From an uncultured Thermoleophilia bacterium (GTDB taxonomy: Bacteria > Actinomycetota > Thermoleophilia > UBA2241): DNA of 64,000 nt. The stretch is taken from contig CAVVTV010000024.1 of NCBI GenBank assembly GCA_963751215.1, positions 857,880 to 921,879 on the forward strand, read 5' to 3'. Of this stretch, positions 30,806 to 49,880 are shown piece after piece. The notes beneath the pieces are model-generated. The model did not search any database and was not told the DNA's origin. It worked only from the letters and a program-made list of their open reading frames with translations. Positions within the stretch are counted from its first letter, which is position 1, and the number at the start of each line of letters is the position of its first letter. The position numbers and the translations under genes were made by a program.

Positions 30806-31645
30806 TTACCCGCGCTTGCCGCGCTTGCGGCCGCGGATGATGAACTTGTCGGACGGCTTGTGATTGGCACGCGTGCGATACCCGAGAGTGGGGACGCCCC
30901 ACGGGGTGACCGGATGCCGGCCCGCCGTGGTCTTGCCTTCGCCGCCGCCGTGCGGGTGGTCGACAGGGTTCATCGCGGTGCCACGCACCGTGGGACGCAC
31001 GCCGCGCCAGCGCGTGCGGCCAGCCTTGCCGCCGTCGATGTTGGAGTGGTCGGAGTTGCCGATCTCGCCCACGGTGGCACGACAGGCGAGACGGATGCGG
31101 CGCAGCTCGCCAGAAGGCAGGCGCACAACGCCGTAGCCCCTCTCTTTGGCCTGAAGCTGAGCGCTCGTGCCGGCGCTGCGCACCAGCTGCCCGCCGCGTC
31201 CCGGCTGAAGCTCGATGTTGTGGATGGTGGTACCAGACGGGATGTTCTCGAGCGGCAGCGCGTTGCCGGGCTTGATGTCGGCGGCGGGGCCAGACTCGAC
31301 CCGGTCGGCGACCTTGAGCCCCTGCGGCGCGAGGATGTAGCGCTTCTCACCGTCGGCGTAGTGCAGCAGAGCGATGCGCGCCGAGCGGTTGGGGTCGTAC
31401 TCGATCTGTGCAACCTTGGCCGGCACGCCGTCTTTGTCACGCTTGAAGTCGATGATGCGGTAGCGCCGCTTGTGGCCGCCGCCTTGATGACGAGTAGTGA
31501 TGCGCCCGTAGCTGTTGCGGCCGCCGTTCTTCTTGAGCGGCGCGAGCAGCGCGCGCTCCGGCTCGCTGCGAGTGATGTCCTCGAACGTGTCGACCGTCAT
31601 GAAGCGACGGCCAGGCGAGGTCGGCTTGAATCTCTTGATGCCCAT
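30806..31645 (-). CDS. rplB: 50S ribosomal protein L2
   Basis: Consensus L2. Confidence 0.9.
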   Translation of the reverse strand: MGIKRFKPTSPGRRFMTVDTFEDITRSEPERALLAPLKKNGGRNSYGRITTRHQGGGHKRRYRIIDFKRDKDGVPAKVAQIEYDPNRSARIALLHYADGEKRYILAPQGLKVADRVESGPAADIKPGNALPLENIPSGTTIHNIELQPGRGGQLVRSAGTSAQLQAKERGYGVVRLPSGELRRIRLACRATVGEIGNSDHSNIDGGKAGRTRWRGVRPTVRGTAMNPVDHPHGGGEGKTTAGRHPVTPWGVPTLGYRTRANHKPSDKFIIRGRKRGKRG

Positions 31646-31932
31646 TACCTGCCCTCGAAGAATTCGATCTTGTCGCCGGGGGCAAGCTGCACGACGGCCT
31701 TCTTCCAGGCCGCGGTGCGCCCGCGCGAGACGCCGCGGCGCTTGGGCTTCGGCCGCACGTTCGCGGTGCAGACGGAGATGACGGTCACGTTGAAGAGCTG
31801 AGCGATCGCCTGGGCGATCATCGTCTTGTGCGCGTCCGGGTGCACCTGGAAGGTGTACCGGCTATGGTCGATCTGCGCGTAGCTCTTCTCCGAGATGATG
31901 GGCTTGATGATGATTTTCTCTGCTTCTACCAT
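31645..31932 (-). CDS. rplW: 50S ribosomal protein L23
   Basis: Consensus L23. Confidence 0.9.
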   Translation of the reverse strand: MVEAEKIIIKPIISEKSYAQIDHSRYTFQVHPDAHKTMIAQAIAQLFNVTVISVCTANVRPKPKRRGVSRGRTAAWKKAVVQLAPGDKIEFFEGR

Positions 31933-31935
31933 GCC

Positions 31936-33039
31936 TTACGCCTCGTTCAGGGCGACGAACGCCTTCTCGGTGAGGACCAGCGAGCGCGCGCGAAGCACCT
32001 GCTCGGTAGAGAGCGCCCCCACCTCCGATGACTCCGCGTAGGAGAGGTTGCGCACCGACTTGCTGACACTCGGCTCGTCGTGCGTGACCACCAGCACCGG
32101 CGCCGCGATATCGAGATTCACGAGGAACTCGTTCATGAGGGCCGTGCTGGGCTCGTTGATGGCAAGGCCGGCGGCGACGTACACGTTGCCGTTCTCGGCG
32201 CGGTTACTGAGCGCCATGGCCAGCGCCTTGCGCACAACCTTGCGGTTGACCTTGATCTCGTAGCTACGCGGCTTGGGGCCGAACGTGACGCCGCCTCCGG
32301 TGCGCAGCGGCGACTTGACGCTCCCGGAGCGCGCGCGGCCGGTACCCTTCTGCCGGTAGAGCTTCGCCGTGGAGCCGGAGACCTCGCCGCGCGTCTTGGT
32401 AGACGACGTGCCGCGGCGTCGCGCCGCTTGCTCGGCACGCACCACCAGATGCAGCGTGTTCACATCGGCCGGCACGGCGAAGAGCTTCTCGTTGAGGGTG
32501 CGTGTCTCGAGCTCCTTGCCGGCGGCGTCGACCACCGTGGCCACGCCGACCGTGCCGTGGCGCAGCTCGGCGGCGGCTTTCTTCTCGACCTTCACCTTGG
32601 CCGGGCGCTCGCGAGGCGGCTGCGGCACGGGCGACGCGGCGGCCCTGGCGGCCGCCTTCCTGGCGGACGGTTTAGCCGCAGCCGGCCTTTTGGCGGCCGG
32701 CGCGGCAGCCCTCTTGGCGGCGGTCGGCTTCTCGGCGGGCTTCTTGGCGGCAGACGTCTTCGTGACGCCCTCAGAGGCCGCCGCGGGCTTGGCAGCCCCC
32801 GCCTTGGCCGCGGAAGAAGGCTTAGCTTTGGGCTCGGCCTTGGCGACCGGCTTCTTGGCGGGCGGCTTGCGGGACGCCGGCTTCTCGGCGGCAGACTGCC
32901 CGGCGGCGGCCTTCTTGGCGGCGGCCTTGGGCTCGGCCTTGGCGACCGGCTTCTTGGCGGCCGGCCTCTTGGCCTCGGCTTTCGCGGGCGTGGCGTCGGT
33001 CTCGACCTCTGGAGTCTGATTCTTCTCGTCGGGGCTCAC
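31936..33039 (-). CDS. rplD: 50S ribosomal protein L4 with ~160-aa Ala/Lys/Pro-rich N-terminal extension
   Basis: L4 core ([33 protein letters not shown]) preceded by repeated [14 protein letters not shown]-type sequence. The ORF opens with GTG 2 nt after the rplC stop, so the extension is inferred. Confidence 0.75.
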   Translation of the reverse strand: MSPDEKNQTPEVETDATPAKAEAKRPAAKKPVAKAEPKAAAKKAAAGQSAAEKPASRKPPAKKPVAKAEPKAKPSSAAKAGAAKPAAASEGVTKTSAAKKPAEKPTAAKRAAAPAAKRPAAAKPSARKAAARAAASPVPQPPRERPAKVKVEKKAAAELRHGTVGVATVVDAAGKELETRTLNEKLFAVPADVNTLHLVVRAEQAARRRGTSSTKTRGEVSGSTAKLYRQKGTGRARSGSVKSPLRTGGGVTFGPKPRSYEIKVNRKVVRKALAMALSNRAENGNVYVAAGLAINEPSTALMNEFLVNLDIAAPVLVVTHDEPSVSKSVRNLSYAESSEVGALSTEQVLRARSLVLTEKAFVALNEA

Positions 33040-33041
33040 GA

Positions 33042-33656
33042 CTACCTACCCTTGATGACGACGACGGAGTTCTTGGCGCCGGGCACGGAACCCTTGATGA
33101 GCAGCAAGTTGTTCTCGACGTCACGGCGCACGATGGTGAGCCCCTGCTGGGTGACGCGCTGCGCCCCCATGTGCCCACTCATGCGCATGCCCTTGAACAC
33201 CCGCGCCGGATACGCGCTGGCGCCAATGGACCCCGGCGCACGGACGTTGTGCGAACCGTGAGTCTCGGGGCCGCGGCCGAAGTTGTGCCTCTTGACGGTG
33301 CCCTGGAAGCCCTTGCCCTTGCTGGTGCCGGCCACGGTGACGGCCTGGCCATCCGCGAAGGCCTCGACGGTGACGGTATCGCCGATCTTGAGGTCGCCGG
33401 CGCCGTCGAACTCGACGAGGTGCCGCATGCCGTGCTTCACACCCGCCTTCTTCAGGTGGCCGAGCTCCGGCTTGCTGATGTGCTTGTCTTTGCACTCCTC
33501 GAAGGCGAGCTGAACGGCCTCATAGCCGTCGCGCTCACGGGTGCGGATCTGCGTCACGGGGCACGGGCCGGCCTGCACGACGGTGACGGCCACCACGTTG
33601 CCGTCGTCGTCGAACAGCTGGGTCATGCCTACCTTCTTGCCGATGATGCCTGTCAT
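33042..33656 (-). CDS. rplC: 50S ribosomal protein L3
   Basis: [15 protein letters not shown] start at the ATG at 33656; ORF track extends 11 codons further. Confidence 0.9.
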   Translation of the reverse strand: MTGIIGKKVGMTQLFDDDGNVVAVTVVQAGPCPVTQIRTRERDGYEAVQLAFEECKDKHISKPELGHLKKAGVKHGMRHLVEFDGAGDLKIGDTVTVEAFADGQAVTVAGTSKGKGFQGTVKRHNFGRGPETHGSHNVRAPGSIGASAYPARVFKGMRMSGHMGAQRVTQQGLTIVRRDVENNLLLIKGSVPGAKNSVVVIKGR

Positions 33657-33663
33657 ATCTTCT

Positions 33664-33996
33664 CTACAGCTTGATCTCGATGTGAACACCGGCCGGCAGA
33701 TCGAGGCGCATCAGCTGGTCGACGGTCTTGGGCGTCGGCTGATGGATGTCGATGAGCCGCTTGTGCGTGCGGATCTCGAAGTGCTCGCGCGAGTCCTTAT
33801 CTTTGAACGGGCTCTTGATCACGCAGTACACGTTCTTCTCTGTGGGAAGCGGCACGGGGCCAGAGATGGTCGCGCCACTGCGCTGCGCCGTTTCCACGAT
33901 GGACTTGGCGCTGCGCTCGATCAGCTCGTGATCGTAAGACTTCAACCTGATGCGTATCTTCTGCTGAGCCACTCTAGCCTTCTCTGTCCTGTTCAC
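33664..33996 (-). CDS. rpsJ: 30S ribosomal protein S10
   Basis: [18 protein letters not shown]...; GTG starts, exact start ambiguous. Confidence 0.9.
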   Translation of the reverse strand: MNRTEKARVAQQKIRIRLKSYDHELIERSAKSIVETAQRSGATISGPVPLPTEKNVYCVIKSPFKDKDSREHFEIRTHKRLIDIHQPTPKTVDQLMRLDLPAGVHIEIKL

Positions 33997-34060
33997 GTGG
34001 CCGGGCGTGTCGCTCGCGCGGACGCGCCGTTACGCGCGCCACCCGATGTACGTCTTGGTC

Positions 34061-35269
<1,209 letters not shown>

Positions 35270-35402
35270 GTCTGCTACTCCTTTTCCCGAAACCCGGAGG
35301 TTGAGGTCACACAGAAAGCGGCACGGCTGCCTGCCGTACCAAAGGTCGGCAGTATACACGAATCCGACCGGCTTGGGCAAATAGCTGCGGCGTTTGCCCG
35401 GC

Positions 35403-37478
35403 TCATGCGCCGCGCACCTTGGCGACGATCTCGGAGGCGATCGACGCGGGAACCTCGGCGTAATGTCTGAACTGCATGGTGTAGGTCGCACGGCCCTGCG
35501 TGGTAGACCGCACATCGGTAGCGTACCCGAACATGGTGGAGAGCGGTACCGTGGCCGTGATCACCTGAGCGTTCCCGCGTGGCTCCATGCCGTCAATGTG
35601 ACCGCGCCGGGAGTTGAGGTCGCCCATAACATCGCCCATAAACTCGGACGGCGTGACGACCTCGACGGCCATCATGGGTTCGAGGAGCACGGGCTTGGCC
35701 TTCTGGGCGGCGTTCTTGAACGCCAGCGAGCCGGCGATCTTGAAGGCCATATCGGATGAGTCGACTTCGTGAAAGCTGCCGTCGATGAGCGCCACCTTGA
35801 TGTCGACCACAGGGTACCCGGCGAGCACACCGGTGCTCATGGCCTCCTGGATGCCGTCGTCGACCGACGGGATGTAGTCGCGCGGGATGACGCCGCCCTG
35901 GATGCGGCTCTCGAACTCGTAGCCGCCACCGGGCTCGTTGGGCTGCATCTCGATGACCACGTGGCCGTACTGACCGCGACCGCCGCTCTGGCGCACGAAG
36001 CGGCCCTCGACCTTGTCGACCTTGTTGCGAATGGTCTCGCGATAGGCCACCTGGGGCTTGCCAACGTTGGCGCCGACGTTGAACTCGCGCACCAGGCGGT
36101 CGACGATGATCTCGAGGTGCAGCTCGCCCATGCCGGCGATGATCGTCTGCCCGGTCTCCTCGTCGGTGTGCACGCGGAACGTGGGATCTTCTTCCGAGAG
36201 GCGCTGCAGCGAGTTGCCCAGCTTCTCTTCGTCGGCCTTGGTCTTGGGCTCGATGGCCACGAAGATCACCGGCTCGGGGAACTCCATCGACTCGAGGATG
36301 ATGGGCTTGCCGATCTCGCAGAGCGTCTCGCCGGTGGTCGTGTACTTGAGCCCCACGGCCGCGGCCAACTCGCCGGCGTAGATCTCGTCACGGTCTTCGC
36401 GATGGTTGGCGTGCATCTGAAGGATGCGGCTGATGCGCTCGCGCTTGTCTTTGCTCGCGTTGAGCACGTACGAGCCGGCCTTGAGCGTGCCGGAGTAGAC
36501 CCGGAAGTACGTGAGCTTGCCCACGTACGGGTCGACGGCGACCTTGAAGGCGAGGGCCGAGAAGGGCGCCTCGTCGCTGGTGGAGCGCGTGGCCTCGTCG
36601 CCCTTGGGACTGACGCCGGTCACCGGCGGCACGTCGAGCGGCGACGGCAGGAACTCCACGATAGCGTCCATGAGCGGCTGCACGCCTTTGTTCTTGAACG
36701 CCGAGCCGCAGAGCACCGGCGTGATGCTGATGTCGAGCGTGGCCTGACGGATGACCTCGCGCATGTGCGCGGGTGTGATCTCGTGGCCCTCGAGATAGGT
36801 CTCCATGAGGAGGTCGTCGTGGTCGGCGATAGACTCGATGAGCTTGAGACGGTACTCGTCGGCCAGCGGTTGCAGATCTTCGGGGATGTCGGTGACCTCG
36901 AAAGCGGTGCCCAGCTCGTCTTGATAGACGATGGCGCGCATCTCGATGAGATCGATGATGCCGCGAAACTCGGACTCGCGGCCGATGGGAATCTGCAGAG
37001 CCACCGGATTGGCGCCGAGACGATCGACCATCATCTCGAGGCCGCGGAAGAAATCGGCACCGATGCGGTCCATCTTGTTGACGAAAGCGATGCGCGGGAT
37101 ACCGTACTTGTCGGCCTGCCGCCACACCGTTTCGGACTGCGGCTCCACGCCGCCCACCGAGCAGAATAGCGCGATGGCGCCGTCGAGCACGCGCAGGCTG
37201 CGCTCCACCTCCATGGTGAAGTCCACGTGCCCGGGTGTGTCTATGATGTTGATCTGAGTATCACGCCAGGCCACGGTGGTGGCCGCCGAGGTGATGGTGA
37301 TGCCGCGCTCCTGCTCCTGTGCCATCCAGTCCATCACTGCGGCACCCTCATGGACCTCACCGATTTTGTGCGTTTTACCGGTATAGTACAAAATGCGCTC
37401 AGTGGTCGTGGTCTTGCCGGCGTCGATGTGCGCCATGATGCCGATGTTGCGCGTATGCTCGAGCGGGTAGTGTCGCAT
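35403..37478 (-). CDS. fusA: elongation factor G
   Basis: [20 protein letters not shown]... Confidence 0.95.
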   Translation of the reverse strand: MRHYPLEHTRNIGIMAHIDAGKTTTTERILYYTGKTHKIGEVHEGAAVMDWMAQEQERGITITSAATTVAWRDTQINIIDTPGHVDFTMEVERSLRVLDGAIALFCSVGGVEPQSETVWRQADKYGIPRIAFVNKMDRIGADFFRGLEMMVDRLGANPVALQIPIGRESEFRGIIDLIEMRAIVYQDELGTAFEVTDIPEDLQPLADEYRLKLIESIADHDDLLMETYLEGHEITPAHMREVIRQATLDISITPVLCGSAFKNKGVQPLMDAIVEFLPSPLDVPPVTGVSPKGDEATRSTSDEAPFSALAFKVAVDPYVGKLTYFRVYSGTLKAGSYVLNASKDKRERISRILQMHANHREDRDEIYAGELAAAVGLKYTTTGETLCEIGKPIILESMEFPEPVIFVAIEPKTKADEEKLGNSLQRLSEEDPTFRVHTDEETGQTIIAGMGELHLEIIVDRLVREFNVGANVGKPQVAYRETIRNKVDKVEGRFVRQSGGRGQYGHVVIEMQPNEPGGGYEFESRIQGGVIPRDYIPSVDDGIQEAMSTGVLAGYPVVDIKVALIDGSFHEVDSSDMAFKIAGSLAFKNAAQKAKPVLLEPMMAVEVVTPSEFMGDVMGDLNSRRGHIDGMEPRGNAQVITATVPLSTMFGYATDVRSTTQGRATYTMQFRHYAEVPASIASEIVAKVRGA

Positions 37479-37547
37479 GGTCCTTATCGTGTTCCTTCCA
37501 TGCGAAAGCCCCTCACCGACGAAGACCAGTGAGGGGCTTTCGGCGAA

Positions 37548-38018
37548 TTACCAGCGGTAGTGCGCGAAAGCCTTGTTTGCCTGCGCCATGCGGAAGATGT
37601 CGTCCTTCTTCTTGAAGGCGCCACCCTGAGCGGCGAGCGCGTCGAGCATCTCGGCCGCCAGACGCTCGGCCATGACCTTCTCACGACGTGAGCGTGCGAA
37701 GCTGACCAGCCAGCGAATGGCGAGCGTGCGGGCGCGGCGACCGGGAACTTCGACCGGCACCTGATAGGTGGCGCCGCCGACGCGCCGGCTCTTGACCTCG
37801 AGGTGCGGCGTGAGTGCCTGCACGGCGTCTTGCATGACCTCGACGGGGTCGCGACCGGTCTTCTCGCGGACGATCTCGAGAGCGCCGTAGACGATCTGCT
37901 CGGCGTTGGACTTCTTGCCGTCGAGCAGCACCTTATTGATGACCTGGGTGACCAGCTTGCTGTTGTACACCGGATCGGGCAAGACTTCCCGGCGGGTGAT
38001 GGTGCCTCTGCGCGGCAT
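37548..38018 (-). CDS. rpsG: 30S ribosomal protein S7
   Basis: Consensus S7. Confidence 0.9.
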   Translation of the reverse strand: MPRRGTITRREVLPDPVYNSKLVTQVINKVLLDGKKSNAEQIVYGALEIVREKTGRDPVEVMQDAVQALTPHLEVKSRRVGGATYQVPVEVPGRRARTLAIRWLVSFARSRREKVMAERLAAEMLDALAAQGGAFKKKDDIFRMAQANKAFAHYRW

Positions 38019-38021
38019 GAC

Positions 38022-38399
38022 TTACCTCGTTCCCTTGCCCTTGGACCCGTAACGCGAGCGAGCCTTCTTGCGGTCGGCCACGCCGGCGGCGTCGAGCGTG
38101 CCGCGGATGATCTTGTAGCGCACACCCGGCAGGTCTTTGACGCGGCCACCGCGTACGAGCACCACCGAGTGCTCTTGCAGGTTATGGCCGATGCCGGGGA
38201 TGTAGGTAGTGACTTCCATGCCGTTGGTGAGCCTGACACGGGCGACCTTGCGCAGGGCCGAGTTCGGCTTCTTGGGCGTCACGGTGTACACCCGCGTGCA
38301 GACGCCGCGCTTCTGCGGCGAGCCCTTCAGCGCCGGGGTCTTGGAACGCTGTATCTTGCTCTCACGCCCGTATCGGACGAGCTGGCTAATGGTTGTCAT
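38022..38399 (-). CDS. rpsL: 30S ribosomal protein S12
   Basis: Consensus S12. Confidence 0.9.
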   Translation of the reverse strand: MTTISQLVRYGRESKIQRSKTPALKGSPQKRGVCTRVYTVTPKKPNSALRKVARVRLTNGMEVTTYIPGIGHNLQEHSVVLVRGGRVKDLPGVRYKIIRGTLDAAGVADRKKARSRYGSKGKGTR

Positions 38400-38510
38400 C
38401 TGACCTCTCTGGTCGGCCGCTTCAGACAGCAGTCGTGTAGTGTAGCGAAACAGGGCTGGGGCCGCAACACGATTATTCTCTGCGGCACCGGCCCTGCGCC
38501 TGTCTCTGAC

Positions 38511-38743
38511 TTAGTCCGCCTCGCTGCTGGCACTGCGCGCCAGCGAGGCGCTCAATAGCACTCCGTGCACTGCGTGCCCTACGGGCATTAGTCCGCCTCG
38601 CTGCCGGGCACTGCGCGCCAGCGAGGCGCTCAATAGCACTCCGTGCACTGCGTGCCCTACGGGCATTAGTCCGCCTCGCTGCCTGGCACTGCGCGCCAGC
38701 GAGGCGCTCAATAGCACTCCGTGCACTGCGTGCCCTACGGGCA
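38511..38743. repeat. three tandem ~77-bp direct repeats, each containing a 10-bp-stem hairpin, immediately downstream of rpoC
   Basis: Units begin TTAGTCCGCCTCGCTGC... at 38511, 38588 and 38666; each has the inverted repeat CGCCTCGCTG..CAGCGAGGCG. A fourth partial unit (TTAGTCC) overlaps the rpoC TAA stop. Confidence 0.8.
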
Positions 38744-43006
<4,263 letters not shown>

Positions 43007-43030
43007 TGTCGCTCCCTCTGCCTCGAAGGG

Positions 43031-46774
<3,744 letters not shown>

Positions 46775-47082
46775 GCGAGTCTCCTCTTACTAGCGTGGGC
46801 CAAAGGAAAAAAGCACACCATACCTGAGGTCTCGTGGTATGGCCGCGGGTAACGCACGGCCAATAAAGGTACCATAACGGCAAGGGCAGTGCAAGAGTCG
46901 CCTACGGAGTGCCCGCAAAAGGCGGTGGGCAAAACGTTGCCTGGCCAGGCGACGATGCTGCCCGGCCGAGGCCCGGTGTGGCAAGACTGCGGACCCCGAC
47001 AGACTGCGCCGGCGCCGCTAGAGGCAGTGCCGTGTGAACGGCGATGTGCGAGCGGCACGACCGTGCCGCGGAGGGCTCAGCC

Positions 47083-47280
47083 TCAGCCGTAGGTTGTGCA
47101 GCCGGGGGCGCCACAGTTCGGGTCAGACAGCGCCCCGTTGCGCAGGTAGCTGGCAAACGTCTGGCGCACGTTCTCGGAGCCGCACTTGGGGCAGTGCTTC
47201 TGCCTGCGCTTGATGGCCGCCCGCGTCACGACCTCAAAGGTGTGCCGGCAGTCGGAGCAGACGATATCGATGTGTGCCAT
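47083..47280 (-). CDS. FmdB-family zinc-ribbon protein
   Basis: MAHIDIVCSDCRHTFEV....HCPKCGSENV, characteristic CxxC..CPxCG. Confidence 0.7.
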   Translation of the reverse strand: MAHIDIVCSDCRHTFEVVTRAAIKRRQKHCPKCGSENVRQTFASYLRNGALSDPNCGAPGCTTYG

Positions 47281-47474
47281 CAGTGCACACCGACCTCGTC
47301 CGGCACCTGCGAGAAGGCGCGGCAGATCTGCGTGCAGGCGCCGCACTCGGTGCAGAGCTCATGGTCGACGTGCGGCGCCGAGAAACCGTCTTGGACGATC
47401 GCCCCGACAGGGCAGTAGCCCACGGCCGGGCAAGGATGGTTCTGCGGACAGGCATGCTGATTGACGGCGATCAT
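47280..47474 (-). CDS. small 4Fe-4S ferredoxin-like protein
   Basis: 64 aa with ...CPVGAI and CTECGACTQIC; ATG at 47474 with GGAGAG RBS. The upstream part of the 203-aa ORF overlaps the ArsR gene and is rejected. Confidence 0.5.
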   Translation of the reverse strand: MIAVNQHACPQNHPCPAVGYCPVGAIVQDGFSAPHVDHELCTECGACTQICRAFSQVPDEVGVH

Positions 47475-47590
47475 TCGCTCTCCAGAGGGTCGTTGCGTGG
47501 ACTTGACGGTGGCCGCCGGCCAGCCGGCACAGATGGCACAAGCCGGTAGGGCGGTGAACGGCGGGACGGCGTGTCGAACATCGGAAGTAC

Positions 47591-47911
47591 CTAGCCTTCC
47601 AGCGCGTGCGCTCTCTCGGCCAGCTCGTGAGAGAGAATCTCGTCGATCAGATCGCAGGCCTTTGAGAGTCGCGGGTCGACGACCTCCCAGAGAACGTGGC
47701 CGTCTTGCCGCGAGCGCTTCACCAGGCCCTCGCCGTGGAGAACGGCCAGATGCTGCGATACGTTGGGACGGCTGACCCCCAGCGCCTCGGCCAGGCTGCT
47801 CGGCGTACGCGCCCCCTTGCAGAGCACGTGCATCAGCTCGTGACGCGTGGGGTTGGCGAGCGCCGCGAAGACGGCGGCATGGATGGCACAACGTTCACGG
47901 TCGACATTCAT
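47591..47911 (-). CDS. ArsR/SmtB-family transcriptional regulator
   Basis: HTH (SSLAEALGVSRPNVSQHLAVLHGEGLV) with N-terminal Cys (RERCAIH); ATG at 47911 (ORF track extends to TTG at 47953). Confidence 0.8.
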   Translation of the reverse strand: MNVDRERCAIHAAVFAALANPTRHELMHVLCKGARTPSSLAEALGVSRPNVSQHLAVLHGEGLVKRSRQDGHVLWEVVDPRLSKACDLIDEILSHELAERAHALEG

Positions 47912-48012
47912 GGGCCTATTATTGCATAGTTTCGACATTACGAAACATGGCAACCTTGCAAGCAGTGAAGCGATCGCACAGAGGGGCTATGGTCTCTCGG
48001 AAAGGCACGAGC

Positions 48013-48408
48013 ATGAACATGAAGGTCTATTTCCCGGGTGGCAAGCGCGTGTTCGCAGACTACGGCGGGTTCACCATCGAGACAGATCAGCCCGCGCGTG
48101 GTGGTGGCGACGACTCGGCGCCGGCGCCTTTCGACCTCTTCCTCGCCTCTATCGGCACCTGCGCCGGCATTTACGCGCTCGGCTTCATGCAGCAGCGCGG
48201 CCTCGACCCTGAGGGCTCGTCGCTCACGATGACGCCCCAGTTCGATCCGGCAGTCGGATTGATCACGAAGATCGGCCTGGAGCTGCAGCTGCCGGCCGGC
48301 TTCCCCGAGAAGTATCGCGCCGCGATCGTGAATTCCATGAATCTTTGCGCAGTGAAGAAGCACCTCCACCAGCCGCCGGCGTTCGAGATCACGACGGTGG
48401 CCGGCTGA
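48013..48408 (+). CDS. OsmC/Ohr-family peroxiredoxin-like protein
   Basis: OsmC fold with the conserved Cys pair (SIGTCAG...NLCAVKKHL); ATG at 48013 with GAAAGG RBS; divergent from the ArsR gene. Confidence 0.8.
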   Translation: MNMKVYFPGGKRVFADYGGFTIETDQPARGGGDDSAPAPFDLFLASIGTCAGIYALGFMQQRGLDPEGSSLTMTPQFDPAVGLITKIGLELQLPAGFPEKYRAAIVNSMNLCAVKKHLHQPPAFEITTVAG

Positions 48409-48559
48409 TGCTGCGATCTGCGTGAGAGCCCCCGCGATGTGCCCGCGGGCACATCCGGGCGTGCAGGTCTGCCGGGATAGGCTCAAAGCCTCGCCTTGTC
48501 GAAGCCGGCGATAGTCTTGCCGAGGGCGGGCCAGCAAGCCCGACACTCCTCACGATTCC

Positions 48560-48615
48560 CCGGACGCCTGTAGGGCCGGGGCGGCCGTCGCCGCCGCGGC
48601 CCTACAGGCGTCCGG
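48560..48615 (-). terminator. large GC-rich hairpin downstream of rplL (factor-independent terminator/attenuator candidate lacking a U-tract)
   Basis: 19-bp perfect arms CCGGACGCCTGTAGGGCCG...CGGCCCTACAGGCGTCCGG, ~35 nt after the rplL stop. Confidence 0.6.
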
Positions 48616-48649
48616 GTCTAGAGCCTCGCCGACGGCGAGACGCAGGATG

Positions 48650-49039
48650 TTACTTGATCTCGACGGAGGCGCCGGCGCCTTCGAGCTGCTTCTTGGCGTC
48701 TTCGGCTTCGTCTTTGGTGACGGCCTCTTTGATGGCGCTCGGCACGCCCTCCACCACGTCCTTGGCCTCCTTGAGGCCGAGGCCGGTGAGAGCGCGCACG
48801 ACCTTGATGACCTGGATCTTCTGCTCGCCGAAGGAGGTGAGCATCACGTCGAATTGGGTCTGCTCCTCGGCGGCCTCGGCCGGAGCGACACCGGCGGCCG
48901 GAGCGGCGACGGCCATGGGGGCCGCGGCGCTCACGCCGAACTCCTCTTCGAGAGCCTTGACCATCTCGCTGAGCTCGAGCACGGTCATGCCCTTGATGGC
49001 CTCGATGAGCTGGTCCTTCGTCAGGGTCTTGTCTGCCAT
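48650..49039 (-). CDS. rplL: 50S ribosomal protein L7/L12
   Basis: [41 protein letters not shown]... Confidence 0.95.
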   Translation of the reverse strand: MADKTLTKDQLIEAIKGMTVLELSEMVKALEEEFGVSAAAPMAVAAPAAGVAPAEAAEEQTQFDVMLTSFGEQKIQVIKVVRALTGLGLKEAKDVVEGVPSAIKEAVTKDEAEDAKKQLEGAGASVEIK

Positions 49040-49102
49040 TGTCAGTTCACCTCGCGTAGGGCTCGAAAGCCTTGCTGGACAGTACGGTGCGCGGCGAGTG
49101 CC

Positions 49103-49633
49103 TCAGGCCTCGCCGGCGGCGGCCCGTTGCTCGGCCACCTGGTTGAGAGCACGAACGAAACCGCTGATCGTGCCCGAGAGAACGGTGACCAGACCGCTGA
49201 GCGGCGCGGCCATCATGCCGACAAGCTGAGCGATGAGCACGTCGCGTGGAGGCAGGAGTGCCAGCGCCTCCACGGCCGTAGTATCGATGAGGTTCGACTC
49301 GAGCAGGCCACCGCGCGTCACCAGGTGCGGGTGCGTGCGCGCAAAATCGGCCAGAGCCTTGGCGGCGCCGACCAGGTCTTCGCCGCAGAACGTAACCGCC
49401 GTGGGGCCGCTGAACAGGTCTTTGACCATGGCCCGGCCGGCGCGATCGGCGGCGATGCCTCCCAAGGTGTTCTTGACCACTTTGAGGCTTGCGCCACACT
49501 CGCGCAGCTTGTCGCGCAACTCCTTGAGCTCGGCCACCGTGAGGCCGCGGTAGTCGCTGACGAACAGGTTCTCGGTGCCCGTCAGCAGCTGCGCCACCTC
49601 GGCGATCACGGCGTCTTTCTCGTTTCTCAGCAT
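49103..49633 (-). CDS. rplJ: 50S ribosomal protein L10
   Basis: Consensus L10. Confidence 0.9.
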   Translation of the reverse strand: MLRNEKDAVIAEVAQLLTGTENLFVSDYRGLTVAELKELRDKLRECGASLKVVKNTLGGIAADRAGRAMVKDLFSGPTAVTFCGEDLVGAAKALADFARTHPHLVTRGGLLESNLIDTTAVEALALLPPRDVLIAQLVGMMAAPLSGLVTVLSGTISGFVRALNQVAEQRAAAGEA

Positions 49634-49799
49634 CTCGACCTCTCAGTCGCAGACAAAAACCCGCTCCCCGAAGGGAAGCGGGCGCAGGTGCAGCTCTGGC
49701 TCGTCTCGCCTCGGGTGGCGGACCCATATGGATCCATTCTGCTCCGCAAAGGAGCACCGACCTTCATCGGCCGCGGCGCCTGAAGCGCCGCGAAGCGGC
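49634..49799 (-). ncRNA. ribosomal protein L10 leader (autoregulatory 5' UTR) with terminator-like hairpin plus U-tract
   Basis: The ~165-nt 5' UTR of rplJ ends in the hairpin CCCGCTTCCC-ttc-GGGGAGCGGG followed by TTTTTG just before the rplJ RBS. Confidence 0.5.
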
Positions 49800-49828
49800 A
49801 GTATAGAACAGCCCGGGAGCGCCGGCAA
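49800..49828 (-). promoter_or_regulatory. sigma-70-like promoter for rplJL (TTGCCG-17 nt-TATACT)
   Basis: On the minus strand, TTGCCG and TATACT are separated by 17 nt, ~170 nt upstream of rplJ. Confidence 0.45.
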
Positions 49829-49880
49829 CTGCCGCGGCGCCGGCGCCCCGAGACGGGCCTATCCCTACCGGGATAGGCTC

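Noticed and set aside
47475-47891. N-terminal 139 codons of the 203-aa ORF containing the ferredoxin-like gene
   Set aside because: Different frame on the same strand as the ArsR gene (47591-47953); Arg/Gly/Ala-rich; a clean ATG plus RBS at 47474 starts the Cys-rich domain.
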